NCBI GenBank assembly: GCA_964016885.1
Contig: OZ024754.1
Location: 44,764,001 to 44,828,000, forward strand
Origin: Eledone cirrhosa
Lineage: Eukaryota
DNA: 64,000 bases
Direction: 5' to 3'
Every line of letters begins with the position of its first letter. Positions within the stretch are counted from its first letter, which is position 1. The position numbers were made by a program, and so were the translations under genes. Below the pieces are notes generated by a model. It ran no database searches and was not told where the DNA came from. It was given only the letters and a program-made list of their open reading frames with translations. Positions 42,617-57,935 of this stretch are shown one piece after another.

Positions 42617-43392
42617 ATATATATATATATATATATACACACGCGTGCGCACACACACACATATATATATATATACAGATGATCGGGAGTATGAGGGTGT
42701 TGATGAAGTTGACTGACGACGATGATGATGATGGTGATGATGATGATGGTGATGATGATGACGGTGACGATGATGATGATGGTGATTAGGTCAATTATGT
42801 GATGATGATGATGAGATTGAGAGCGATGCAGAGCAGACTCATCGTTGTCATCATCATCATCATCATTATCAGGAAGAGAGGGTGGACGATAATGACGATG
42901 ATAAAGTTATGATGATGATAATGAGAAGGAAGGGGAGGTTGAGGTGGAGGAGGAGTGTTGGTAGTAATAATATTAAGGATGCTGAAGATGAGGATGAGGG
43001 GAAGGAGTAGGGAGTGGATTGTGATTAATGAAGAGGATAACTTTGTGGGATGGCAGCAAGATTCTGATATAAATAGTATTGGTTTATTTGTATTTACTTT
43101 TAATAAAGGGGAGAGAAAGAGAGGGAGAGAGCGGGAGAGAGAGAGGGAGAGGGCGGGAGAGAGAGAGAGGGAGAGAGGGGGAGAGAGGGAGAGAGGGAGA
43201 GAGGGGGGTAAATAGAAACAAATAGAGAGTGATATATATGTGTGTGTGAGACCCGGGTTTAATCGGGGGTAAACCACAGTAAGTAAGGTACTCAATACAT
43301 TAGTAGAGTATATATATGTATATATCTTACTATCTTACCTGATCCCGCCGACTGGCTGAGGCCATGCTGGGGCACCACCAACACACACACAT

Positions 43393-43424
<32 letters not shown>

Positions 43425-43518
43425 GGATATCGCGAAAAATGGTGAACGCAAAAATACTTTGCTTAAACCATCAACCTGTTCAAACAGTATACGTTCGCTA
43501 TACGTTTATTCATATTAT

Positions 43519-43563
<45 letters not shown>

Positions 43564-43657
43564 TTGAAATGTATGTATGTATATATAACTTTTATAGAGT
43601 CCTCTCAGGATATATATATATATCCACACATTAACACATATTCGTATATATATATAC

Positions 43658-43845
43658 CAAGTTTAATATAGAAATTGCTTCTACAGGACTAGAACTGTTT
43701 TATTCAAAAGAAATCATCAGGACTGATTTCCTTCGAATGAAACAGTTCTAGTCCTGTAGAAGCCATTTCTATATTAAACTTGATCTCTACACTCTACTAA
43801 TGTATTGAGTACCTTACTAACTATGGTTACCCTGGATTGAACTGT
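43658..43845 (+). mobile_element. Fold-back element family P2 centred on CTGATGA
   Basis: Arms 43658-43716 and 43724-43782; TGA-TTTCCTTCGAAT-GAAAC-AGTTCTA-GTC; related pieces at 43250-43310 and 50095-50200. Confidence 0.75.
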
Positions 43846-44046
43846 GTGTGTCTGTTGAGCGAGTGGGAAACTTTATCGCATCTTAGAAATGAAGTTCTTT
43901 CATCGTTGATCTTTGCAGCCCTTGCTTTATGAAGTAAATCTACTTGGAGGGATCCCTATGACTAGCTATCATCGCAAATATAAAACTTATAATTCGTGAA
44001 GAAGTTTGTGAAATGAAGGTTTCAAGAATAGTTAGTAGGTGAAATA

Positions 44047-44360
44047 CCTTTCACTTTATGCGGTATTTAGCCTTTTCATTGCGGTATTTAACCCTTTCAT
44101 TGCGCTATTTAACCCTTCATTGCGGTATTTAACCCTTCATTGTGGCATTTAACCCTTTCATTGCGGTATTTAGCCCTTTCAGTGCGGTATGTAACCCGTT
44201 AATTGCGGTGTTTAACACTTTCATTGCAGGTTTTAACCATTTCATTGCGATATTTAACCCATCATCGTGGGGTTTAGCTCTTTCATTGCGGTATTTAACC
44301 CTTTCATTACGAGGTTTAACCCTTTCAATGCGAGGTTTAACCCTTTCATTGCGGTATTTC
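44047..44360. repeat. About 21-bp minisatellite TTAACCCTTTCATTGCGGTAT, about 15 copies
   Basis: Tandem array; the last unit runs into the body of a piggyBac-like MITE. Confidence 0.9.
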
Positions 44361-44867
44361 TCATGAAATATTTATATTTTAATTAACTAATGAAGAATTA
44401 TGGAAAGATTTACTAAAATCATAATTGCGTTAAGATGGTATTTCTAAGAAAATTGTTATAAATAAAATTATGCTGCAAGGTTATAATAAAATGAGGAACC
44501 CTTTAAAATGGTTTGTTTTGTTTCAAAGAAACAAAAGTGTTGTGGCGCAAGTTAATAGGTCCCTTTATCTGGCAGGTACCATCTTTCAAAATACGATTAA
44601 ATTGTCATTATTAGCAAATTAAAGCCATCTGTAATTGAGAGTTTGGTTTTTGTTGTATCGCGTTTCTGGTAATAATCACCTGTGTCTCTTCTTCATCCAC
44701 ATAACTCTCAGACTCTATATCATCATCATCATCATCATCCTCATCATCATTATTATCATCATATCATCATCATCATCATCATTATTATCATCATCATTAC
44801 TAACACCACCATCATCCTCATCATCATCATTGGGAGTACAATAGAGTCAATATGAAAAACAAACTTA

Positions 44868-45055
44868 ATGATTTCTAACATAGACACAAGGCCAGCAATT
44901 TTGGGGGTAAGAGATATCAATTATATCGACCCCAATATGTCACTGGTACTTTTATTTTATCGAATTAAAGAGAATGAAAACTAAAATTCACCTTGGCGAG
45001 ATTTGAACTCAGAGCGTAAAAGCTAATTACCAATGTTCTTCCAATACTGCCAGTT
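44868..45055 (-). mobile_element. SINE family A, degenerate
   Basis: Reverse-complement body and tail. Confidence 0.75.
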
Positions 45056-45239
45056 TCATTACATAATAATAACGAACGCCATGTTAGATTCATAATAATA
45101 GACGGCGGGAGCCATAGAAATTACACATTGTATACATTTTTTTTATTTCTATTTTGATTCATAAAACATTTAGATCCTTATAACATTGATAAATATTTCG
45201 ATTATGTCTTCGATTTCACTCTATAATGAAGGCTGTTTT

Positions 45240-45700
45240 TAAATCGTAATACACAGACACACAAACGTCAAGACAAAAATATATCAATAATTCAAAGACC
45301 ACAAAGAAAAAAATCCCTTTTAATAGATGTATCAATCCCCACAAACGACAATATATCTTCCAAAGAAACAGAGAAACTTTCCAAATATAAAGATCTAGAG
45401 ATAGAAATAACTCGAATGTGGAAAATGAAAACAGAAACAATATCTATAATACCATACTTATAGGAATGATAAAAACACACAGACAAATACTTATACATAT
45501 AGAGTACCCCAGGACTTACTAATATATACAGCATACAAAATATAGCAGTACTACGCTCTGCACGCATATTACGAAAAGTACTATCAACACAATAGAAACA
45601 ACAGCCAAAACTACATTGCACATGGCCAAGACACACAGAGCTGTGCTCGGTAAAGCAGTAATGATGTGCAATAAAAATAATAATGGAAATAATTATAATA
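45240..45700 (+). mobile_element. R4/Dong-type LINE 3' fragment (restriction-like endonuclease domain)
   Basis: IDVSIPTNDNISSKETEKLSKYKDLEIEITRMWKMKTETI ... QNIAVLRSARILRKVLS; ends in (TAA)n. Confidence 0.85.
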
Positions 45701-45708
45701 ATAATAAT

Positions 45709-45845
45709 TGTTTCATTTATTGGCCACAAGGGCCGACATATAGGGGACAATACAAAGACAGGGACAATGGATGTGGGGATAGGGTGGGGTGGGGGGGGAA
45801 TAAAATCGAGTAAAAATACACAACAAAACAATTTACAATAAACAT
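45709..45845 (-). mobile_element. Tx1-like LINE 3' terminus in (ATT)n; further copies at 40800-40838, 41279-41340 and about 41662-41790
   Basis: ..TTTGTATTGTCCCC..GCCCTTGTGGCCAATAAATGAAA resembles the 3' ends at 53270-53308 and 56433-56480. Confidence 0.6.
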
Positions 45846-45954
45846 ATATAAAATTATATAAAAATATACTATAAAATTATAAAATAATAATTTAATGAAA
45901 AATCAAAACTGATAATACTAATTATTATTAACATCAGTAATAATCTAATAATAA

Positions 45955-46132
45955 TACAGGTAAAATTCCGTTATAACGAATACCATTATAACGAATTTTT
46001 CAGTATAACGACATTATTTCCAATCCCCGGCCATACTCTCGATGTGTTAGGTCGATCTCGTTATAAAGAATTTTTCGTTACAACGAATTTTATTATACCC
46101 CGTGAATTTCGTTATAACGGAATTTCACAATA
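45955..46132. mobile_element. Tigger/pogo-like MITE
   Basis: TA-CAGGTAAAATTCCGTTATAACGAA ... TTCGTTATAACGGAATTTCACAA-TA with internal GTTATAACGAA repeats. Confidence 0.75.
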
Positions 46133-46409
46133 ATCTGGTGACATGTGTCTAATGAAGAAGCGAACACCTACATTCTTTCCTTCCTTTTCTCTTTCCTTTC
46201 CTTTCTTTTCACATGGTCAACTATAGATAAAAACACAACACAAACAACAGGACGAACATTTGGCGGAGAAAACGGAAAATATGAAATGTGTGACTATTGA
46301 ATATGTGTAAAGATATTAGGATCAAAATGGTGGAATGTCTAGGAACCAACAGCCAGCAATTGTATATATATATATATATATATGTACATATATATGTATA
46401 TATATATGC

Positions 46410-46490
<81 letters not shown>

Positions 46491-47244
46491 TATATACATA
46501 TATATATGCATGTACGAACGAACTATCGAACTATTTTGATTGGACATTTTGACAACAATATGAAACAAAATATATATATATGAATGAATGAACGTGTATA
46601 TATATATATATATATATATATGAATATACACACACACATATATATATAATGGATATTGAAAAGAAATCAATTGTCGATTTAGTTAATTATGAACAAAAAA
46701 CAATATATGTGAATAAACTATTTTAACAAATGGCGGCAAACTTTAAAAAAAAATATCATAATAATAATAATGATAATAATAAAAATAATAATAAATAAAT
46801 AAATAAACGAGCAAATATCATAAAAGAAAGAAAACGAGAAACAAATTTACAAACAGAAATTTGAAACCAAATAAAAAAATTAAAAAAAATCAGACAAAAA
46901 AAAGCAACAAAAAATACGAACAAAAACCAAAAATATAATGTTGGCAAGAATTAGCAGAAAAACCTACATCTATATATCATATCATTTTTTTTTTTTTTTT
47001 TGACGAACATTGGTCAAGCAGATACACAAAAAACTGTGAATTTAATCATCATTTTCTTGTTTTTTTTTTCTTGTTTTTTTTTCCTCTTTATCGTTTTTTT
47101 TTCTCCCTCGGAAATTTACACCAGTTTGTCGGGAACATTGTCAACATAAAGCATATCATGCACAATTTCCGTAGTAATTAAAATTGATTATAAATATCTT
47201 TTCTTTGTTTTATTTATTATTATTATTATTGTTATTGTTATTAT

Positions 47245-47460
47245 TATTGTTGTTCTTTGAGTCTCAGTCATTGATGTTATTTAACTGGAAAGTTTGTTCA
47301 AATGAACATCAAGCCGCTTCCTGCAGCCTCAGATATTCAGGACGTTTCGGAGGGTTCTTGCTGTTCCCAGCAAGGATGCCTTTTGAAGTGTTCCAAAAAA
47401 ACGGGCTGGACTAAAGTTCTTTAACTAGCCTTGAAAGCTCTTCGAGATAGTACCTAAATT
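47245..47460 (-). mobile_element. R4/Dong-type LINE 3' fragment, second family
   Basis: GTLQKASLLGTARTLRNVLNI*, followed by (TAA)n on the same strand. Confidence 0.7.
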
Positions 47461-47581
47461 GTTTCTTATAAAACATGATTATATTTTTTATGTATCGCGA
47501 CTTTTGGTCCAGCCTGAATGTATATATATATATATTATACAATTTTATATATATATATATATAAATTATGTATATTTTTAT

Positions 47582-47614
<33 letters not shown>

Positions 47615-47628
47615 ATTATGTATATTTT

Positions 47629-47773
<145 letters not shown>

Positions 47774-47816
47774 GATATATATATATATAGATATATATAT
47801 ATATATACATATAAAT

Positions 47817-47868
<52 letters not shown>

Positions 47869-48264
47869 TGTATAGTAATAATGTGAAAACTAAAATCCGA
47901 AGATCCTGTTAAGGGTGAAAGCAGTGATTCTTTGCTTAAACTTTAATCTGTTATTTTAATAAATATAAATTATATGTATATATATAATATGTATATATAC
48001 TATATATGTATGTATATATATAATATGTATATATACTATATATGTATATATATATATAATATGTATATATACTATATATGTATATATATATATAATATGT
48101 ATATATACTATATATGTATATAAATAAATACCTGATAGAAATAGAAACTGTTGGATTCAATCGATTATGTTATCACCAGAGAACCCCCCCCCCCCCCCCT
48201 TGTGTCTCTTTAAGAAGTCACGTGCGGTGTATCACACAGCTTCTTATTATGTTGTTAGTAATAT

Positions 48265-48402
48265 AGGAGTTATGGCCCTTCACGTTCTGAGTTCAAATCC
48301 TGCCGAGGCTAACTTTGCCATTCATCATTACGGGGTCGATAAAATAAAGTACCAGTAATACACTGAGTAATTGCTGGCCTTATGCCAAAAGTAGAAACAA
48401 TT
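48265..48402 (+). mobile_element. SINE family A, 5' truncated
   Basis: B box, body and tail present. Confidence 0.85.
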
Positions 48403-49988
48403 ATATTGTTAGTAATATTGCTAGAGAGAGAGGGGGAAGAGAATGAGAGAGGGGCGTGAGAAAGAAAGAGAGGGGGGCGTGATAAAGAAAGAGAGGGGGA
48501 GGGGGAGAGAGACTAGATGCGTTTATTAAGAAAACGTTACATAGATATACGTGTGTGGATGTGGGCGTCCGCACGTGTCTGTGTATACGTATGGGTGAGT
48601 GCGTGCGTTGTGTGCGAGTATGTGTCTGTGTGTGTGTGTGTGTGTGAGGGAATGTGTGTACGTGTGTGTGCATGTGTCTTCCTGTGTGTGTGTGTGTAGT
48701 GTGTCTTCCTGTGTGTGTGTGTAGTGTGTCATTGTGTGTGTGTGTGTGTCAGAGTATGTGTGAATGTATGAGTGTGTGTTTGTGGATATATATGTGTGTG
48801 TATGAAAGTCTACATGTCTGTGCGTGTGCATTGTGTGGTGAGTATGGGTGTGTGTGTGTGTGTGTGATATGTATACATGTGTGCGAGTTTGTGTGTGTAC
48901 ATAGATATATATGTATGTGTGTGAGTGCGCGCCTGTCTCTGCGTGTGTGTAGTGCGTATACGTGTGTGCGTGGTGACTCTATATGTGTATCTGTCAGAGT
49001 GTTTCCACGCAGGAACGTTGCCTAGTGGCAGTTCAGACGAAAGCTGTCCTCAGCTATCCACCTTAATTATAATCAACATACACTTGCTAACTTCTTTTTA
49101 TTTCAGCCCCTTTTCTCACGGCCAATATTTGTTTCACCCCTTAAGTTCGACATACACCGAAGAAATATCGATTATTCGGGTTTTCACCTCATCAAACTTT
49201 TCATCTGCCTAAAGCAAAAACAGTTAACTTTTCTATTACCGAATTAGTTGCACTTTTATTTTTCAACTAAATACATCCCTGCTTCTAATGGCTGGAAGCA
49301 GTTACAATAAACAAGATAATAAAAAGGGCCCCCGTAGGTGCGAGACCCACAAGCTGGAAGGTTTATTCTCACACGTCTCCCTCGCCATCCGCGGAAGGTG
49401 TAAAGTTTTCTCCATTGGGTCAGGAAACGGCCTACATATAAGCTCCCACACTCAAGAAAATGCTCCCATAAGCAAGAGAACGTGCCTCTATTCCACCCGG
49501 GCCCACGTCACAGGCGTAGTGATCCTGATTTGACAGTTACACAGGAACTATATTTGTATTTTACGTCCTTTAACCTAAATTTCAAATTAATACTAGGCAG
49601 TTCTTTATTACCACACTAGGCACTCACACACAAAAAACCCACAAACCTGGCAGCCACATGCCCCTCTTATTTAGATACTCACACACATTTAATTCTACCT
49701 CTTCTGGTTCCAAGTTCGATCATCATCCTTCTCTCAGTGGTCAAGTTTAGAAGTTGTTCCCCTCCCCTCCAGCGTTTATATACAATCACACATACTTTAG
49801 TAGAATATAAAAATCAATTAGAATAGTCGAATCTATTTGAACATCACTTCATATAATGTGCAAAAAAATGATATTGTGTCTCGTGAGAAAAATACTTTTT
49901 TAATCTTTTTTGATTTTCAAATTCTACGGATCTATACATCAGGTGGTTGTTTCCAGTTACCGTGAAATTCAACGAAAAATCGATCAGT

Positions 49989-50077
<89 letters not shown>

Positions 50078-50236
50078 ATATATATGTATATATATAGGTA
50101 AGTTATTCCGGGTTGAATCGGAGTTAACCACAGTAAGTAAGTTTTAATATAGATGGGATTCTACAGGACTAGAACTGTTTCATTCTTGAGAAATCATCAT
50201 ATTTATATACAAAAAGGAAGTACAGCATAATCGAAG

Positions 50237-50268
<32 letters not shown>

Positions 50269-50951
50269 TATAAAGAGTTAGGACTCCGACAACTGAGTTC
50301 TTGGCGTTTCAACATCTAGAGTCTATCTGGAACTAGGTGTTGAAACAGCTAAAGGCTTGAGAATATTTTAGATATATTATGTCTGAAACTGGACTTGATC
50401 TTTGCTCTGTGAACTCTGCTGCTGGTGGTCGAACTTTGTGGAGAGAGATATCATATGTTGATGTACAGTCTGCAACTGACGGAGTTTAGCGTCACAAGGA
50501 AGATGTTTGAAACAAAACATGGAATGGCCAAGGACAGTGACGAGTTACATGATTTCACCAGAGGCATGTCAGAGGTGTCTTATCAACTTCATATACAGGG
50601 AAAATCTTTTTCAGCCAAAGTCAAATACATTTCTCTGTATCTTATTCAATACTACATAGAAAGATCAAACGAAATGTATGGTTCTTGCATCAGAAGGCAT
50701 CAGATGTTCCATAGGTTGTGGTTCATTGACAGAGTCAGACATACAATAGAGAAGATCAATCCATATTTGTTCAATGTTTTTTTTCAGTCAGTCGACAAGT
50801 TTTCTCAATCGATTAATTCACTTCCACCCAATATCACAAGTTTGTGAAAGATATCTCGTGCGGCACAGAAATAGTTCCTATTTTATCATTTATATTACCG
50901 CAGTTTATATGACAGACAGAATAATAAGCCTGGTTGTATGTTCAGACTCCC

Positions 50952-51025
<74 letters not shown>

Positions 51026-51076
51026 CTATCTAGCTATCTGTCTATACATACACACACACACATATATATATATGTA

Positions 51077-51107
<31 letters not shown>

Positions 51108-52354
51108 ATACATATATACATATATATATATATATAAATATCCCTCCTCGCTCACTCTTTCTTTTTCTCTCTCTCTCTCTCTCCCTCTCTCCCTGTATAT
51201 ATATATATATATATATACACACCCATACATACATATATATATATGTATATCTCCCCACCCCCTCTCTGCCTTTCACAGCGAATGCCGCGAATGCCGCGGT
51301 TTAGGCAAACGTACTCTGGAATCGCCACAAGCACAATTTGCTTTTCACCAACAACAGACGGAAATTTCAATGGAGATATTTGGCTGCGAACGACAGCTGG
51401 ATCGTGCTATGGTAGTTAATTAGTCTCTTTAATAACTGATTGAATATATAATCTGTTCCTCCTTAGTTAAGTTAATTAGTCAGTGATGTTGCTTAGTTAA
51501 GCTAATTTAAACATTATGGAAACAAACCTTACACAAGGCCGACGTTTTAACGACGACCCCCGTAGCGTTCAGTGAACTACGGATGTGAACCGCTCACCTG
51601 GTATAGGGCGCTAGTCTATCGCAACAAAATTCCCCAGAAATATTTCATAGTGGACTGAATTCATGAGAATTAAGCGTCTTTCTCAGAAACTATTTGGATT
51701 CATTAGTCCCACGTTGTTCGCTTGTATGTATGTATGTATGTATGTATGTATGTATGTATGTATGTATGTATGTTTTCTCTTTCTCTTAATTTCGAGTATA
51801 TTTTTTTGACCGGCCACCTTCCTGGTGGCAAGGTTGTAAAAGAAAAGAAATTGTCATCCCTTGAAACAGAACACGTTTTCAATGTATGTATGTATGTATG
51901 TATGTATGTATGTATGTATGTATGTATGTATGTATGTATGTATGTAGAAATAATCGGACTAGATACCCGATCAAGCGGTTAAACCACTGGGAGTGAAGGA
52001 CCCCTAGCCTTTGCCAGGGCATTCTTCTAGAAGGGAACTCAGGAAACTGGGATAACTCCGACATAAAACCTGCGGCTCAGTAGTTACCGATGGTGTTGAT
52101 CTTTTCTTCTTTTCGGGTTATAGCTAATGTCGCTCAGAGAGTGGGATTGGCTCAGTGCACAGTCTTTCGTCACTTTAAAAAAAATCTTCACGCACAGGCA
52201 TTGCACGATAGAATTAATTAATAATTATTAATAATGGTATATCGTGTAATGGCCACACTCGATAACGAGGGGGCAGCCATCATGTATGTATGTCTGTATG
52301 TATGTATGTATGTATGTATGTATAGGCAATAATAATCTACATTTATCTATCTAT

Positions 52355-53306
52355 AAATGGGCGACTGGCCCATCGAATGTGCTCAGGCGCTCACAGTCCT
52401 CTGGTAAACGGACCCGGCTATCAGTGGAGACTCCACTTCGACATTACATAGAGGGTTGATCCGCAGCAAGTGCGACGACGCGCTCGGAGAAACTCTGGGC
52501 GTAGAGGAGGACGAACTGGCCAGTCTGTTCGGTAGGACCTTCCGCCCAGGACCAATGGACAACTTCCAAAAGTCCCTGGCCTGGCATTGCTACCGAGGAG
52601 CTCTACCAGTTCGAGACAAGCTCTACAGACATGGGCGCCCGGGCAGGGACCCTTCGAAAAATATCTGTTTGAGATGCGTGCGCGACGAGGAAACCGTCGC
52701 GCACGCATTTGTACACCGTCCGGGCGTTACCGACCTGTGGGGCTATGTAGAACGACTATTGTCGCGGGTGGGACCAATCCAGTTGACCACCGAGTCCATT
52801 GTCATGATCAAACCGCCACCCTCCTTCAAAAACGAGGGAGAAGCGGTTTTCCTATGTGTTATGGCTATGGTGAAAGAGGTTATATGGTGGACGAGGTTAA
52901 AATGGCTGAGCTCAGACACCTTTCTCTCCGGCGAGCAACTGATTCGTTTTTTCAAATATCATTTTAGAAGAAGAATCAGGATGGAGAGTGAGGTGCTGTA
53001 CCCCAGCAAATTTTATAAAAGGTGGGTGAAAGTGGCAAAGATGGCCCGAGTGGTTGGGCCTTCTCTCTATATGAGCCTGTAGGTTGAGGAAAAAGAGAAA
53101 GAGAGGAAGGGAGTACTCACTCTTGGTGCTCCTGAAGATGAGGGTTGTGCATTTTTTCGCGGTGTGTACAACCCCTGTGTAAGGCCTCCCTCCTATTGGG
53201 GATATCAATTGTTATTTGTTATTTTATTAATAGTTTTATTTTCATAAACCTGTATGTAAACTCCCCATTTGTATTTGTCCCCTTCTTTTGTGCCCTTGTG
53301 AAAGAA

Positions 53307-53308
<2 letters not shown>
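52355..53308 (+). mobile_element. Tx1/L1-clade LINE 3' fragment (zf-RVT region plus 3' UTR)
   Basis: AWHCYRGALPVRDKL..CLRC..EETVAHAF..LW motif; ORF stops at 53082; flanked by TCTA/TC repeats. Confidence 0.85.
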
Positions 53309-53384
<76 letters not shown>

Positions 53385-53662
53385 CTCTCTATATACATAT
53401 ATACATATTTACAAATGGGTGTTTATGAAAAATGTGTAAAAATGTCTAGAGGCAAACCGTGTTTATGCCGCTAGATAATCGAAGTAAGACCTTAAACAAT
53501 TGGAAAATATTCTGATAGGAAAACTAGAGCATGTTAATACAGGGTTTCTAGAAGGATAAAGTTGTTAGGCGGGACACTCTGAAGTGTAACACCGTTAACA
53601 GCGAAACAACAGTAACAACATTAATAATAAGACTACCACTACTACTACTGTTACTACTACTG

Positions 53663-53712
<50 letters not shown>

Positions 53713-54589
53713 GCTACTACTACTACTACAAAATAAATTGGTAAATAATGAAACATTGAGGAAAGAAAACAAAAGAAAAATACAACAACAATAACAAAGA
53801 CAACAATAAAAAAAATAACATCAGAAACAATAACAACAATGACATCAGCGACAACAAGAAAAACAACAGTAACAATAACAATAACAACAACACTATCAAC
53901 AACAAAAATAACAGCAATAATGACAACAACAACAACAACAACAACAACAAATACACATTGCTATAGAGAACATACATCTCTGCATATATTGACAGAAAGG
54001 ACGAAATGATAAAGAGAAAGAAAACTAAAAGAGATTTTTAAAATGGTTGTTGTGGAGAGGAAGATCGATAAGAAAAAATAGTTCGATGAAAGTGAAAAGA
54101 AAAATAGAAGAAAAATAGAAGAAAGATAGAAGAAAAATAGAAGAAAAATAGAAGAAAGATAGAAGAAAGATAGAAGAAAGATAGAAGAAAAAGAAACGAT
54201 AAAAGAAGAAAATAAATTAGAAAATGGCGACTGAAAATATTCAGTGAAATGAAGACATGAGTATAACAACAACAACAGCAACAACGATAGAATGATCTAG
54301 GGCACACCACATATATATAAGACACACATACGCACTCATACATACACACACACGGATGACACACACACAGATGACACACACACACACATATATATACATA
54401 CACAGATAAGACATACATACAAACATAAGAAAAAATACACACACACACATACATACACACACGCACATATATACACAGATACAACACACATACACAGACA
54501 TAAGAGACACACACACACACACACACCTCACTCCCTTTCTCACTTTCTCATACTAAAAACAAACCAACAGCTATGAAAAAATTCTGTGT

Positions 54590-55362
<773 letters not shown>

Positions 55363-56186
55363 ACTAATTTCAGTCATATCTTCACACAGACACACACACG
55401 TACACACACAGAAATACACACACACACACACGTACACACGCTCGTACACACACACGCGCGCGCGCTCACTCATTCACACTCATTCACAATCCCAGAGTAA
55501 AAGAATAACAAAAACGAGGCCAACAAAAATAAAAAAAAACTCAAACTAAAAAAATGCCAAGGATGAGTCGTGGAAGAATAAAGAAGAAAATGAAAGAATA
55601 AGAGATTGAAAGAACGATAGAATGAAAGAATGAATAAATGAACGAGTGAATATAGTGTAAACATAATGAAGAAAAAACGAACAAAAAATAGTTTCAAAAT
55701 GGACGGCGAAAAAAGGTGTTAATAGAAATTTGTTGAGGGAAGAAGAAACGAAGAGAAGTTATAAAGACTGAGAGAGAGGGAGAGGGGGAAGACAAGTGAA
55801 GATAATGACTAGATAGGAATATATAGATAGAGAGGGGGTGGTGAGGGGGAGAAGGGGGAGAGAGAGAAGGAGGGAGAGAGAGGAGGAGATAGAGTTAGAG
55901 AGAGGGAGAGAGAGATAGGTTGAGAGAGGGGGTGATTGATTAATGGACTGAGAGAGTGAGTGGGTGGAGATATATATAAAGATAGATAGATGAAGAAGAC
56001 GATTGATACACAGACATACTCTCACATAAACACACACACATATATACACACACATGCTCTCACACACATATACTCATAAGCACAGACACAAATACACACG
56101 TACACAATTACCTACATACACAAGCACACACACACACATACATAAGCACACACACATACACAAGCACACGAGCACACACACACAAG

Positions 56187-56244
<58 letters not shown>

Positions 56245-56394
56245 TACACATACAAACACACACAAACACACATACACACACACATACACACAAAAGAAAG
56301 AATGTGCAATAAAAAATTAATTTAGAAAATGTTAATGAAGAACGACAGAACATGAAAAAAATAGCAGCAGAGATAGATAGACAGACAGACAGAC

Positions 56395-56431
<37 letters not shown>

Positions 56432-56432
56432 T

Positions 56433-57505
56433 ATTTCTTTATTAGCCACAGGGGCACAAAAGAAGGGGACAAATACAAAGGGGGAAGTTTACATACAATA
56501 AAAACGTGTAAAATGTTATCACAGATGGAATTTAAAAGTTAGTCGATTTTCCCCAATAGAGGGAGACAGTTTATATGGGTAACACATACCCCCGAAAAAA
56601 TGTGCAACCCTCATCTCCAGGAGTACGAAGAGCTTGTACTCCTTTCCTCTCCTCCTCCTTTTCCTCAATCTACAGGCTGATATAGAGAGAAGGCCCATTC
56701 ACTCGGGCCATTCTCGCCACTTTCACCCACCTTTCATAAAACTTGCTGCGGTACAGCACCTCTCTCTCCATCCTGATTCTTCTTCCAAAGTGGTATTTGA
56801 AAAAAAGAATCAGTTGTTGGCCGGAGAGAAAGGTGTCTGACCTCAGCCCTTTCAACCTTGTCCACCATACAACCTCTTTCGCCATAGCTATCACACAAAG
56901 GAAAACCGCCTCTCCTTCGTTTTTGAAGGAGGGTGGCGGTTTGATCATGACAATGGACTCGGTGGTCAACTGGATTGGTCCCACCCGCGACAATAGTCGT
57001 TCTACATATCCCCACAGGTCAGTGACGCCCGGGCAGTGTATGAATGCGTGCGCGACGGTTTCTTCGTCTCGCACGCACCTCGGACAGATCTTTTTTGCAG
57101 GGTCCCTGCCCGGGCGCCCATGTCTGTAGAGCTTGTCTCGAACTGGTAGAGCTCCTCGGTAGCACTGCCAGGCCAGGGACTTTTGGAAGTTGTCCATCGG
57201 TCCCGGGCGGAAGGTCCTACCGAACAGACTGGCCAGTTCATCTTCCTCCACGCCTAGAGTTTCACCGAGCGCGTCGTCGCACTTGCTGCGGACCAACCCT
57301 CTATAGAATGACGAAGTGGAGTCTCCACTGATCGCCGGGTCCGCCTGCCAGAGGGCTGTGAGCGCCTGAGCACATTCGATGTGCCAGTCGCCCATTTTCC
57401 TCGGTCTCTGCTTGACCCAGGACTGCAGCTCGGTCAGTGAGACGAGTCGTGGGAAGGCTCGCCTCACGAACGGGGCCCACACCGGTTGTCCGGTGAGGAA
57501 TACGT
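56433..57505 (-). mobile_element. Tx1/L1-clade LINE 3' fragment, same family, intact CxxC..H..C
   Basis: CPRC..EETVAHAFIHCPGV..LW; open frame to the stop at 56670; (GATA)n on both sides. Confidence 0.9.
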
Positions 57506-57507
57506 AG

Positions 57508-57561
<54 letters not shown>

Positions 57562-57563
<2 letters not shown>

Positions 57564-57798
57564 TTCTTTATTTGCCACAAGGGTGCACAAGGGACATTAC
57601 AAGACTTGACGGCGGAGATTTTACATAGAATCTTTAACAATAATAATGGATAACAATAAAATATATACAAAATAAAACAATTGAAATCCCCAATAGGGGG
57701 AAGCGTTACTGCGGGCTTGTTTTACACCCCGAAGATAGAACAACCCTCAACACCAGGAACACGTTTTGTAGGTATTCCCGTCTTCCCTCTGTTTGTCT
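57562..57798 (-). mobile_element. Tx1-like 3' UTR-only fragment
   Basis: Same terminus TGTGCACCCTTGTGGCAAATAAAGAAAT; (GATA)n on both sides. Confidence 0.7.
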
Positions 57799-57852
57799 GA
57801 TAGATAGATAGATAACTTAGAGAGAGAGATAGGTAGATAGACAGAGAAGCAA

Positions 57853-57935
<83 letters not shown>

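Noticed and set aside
52456-53082. 208-aa and 306-aa (56670-57590) ORFs as host genes
   Set aside because: They are C-terminal zf-RVT parts of truncated Tx1 LINEs; the 306-aa N-terminus is microsatellite-derived
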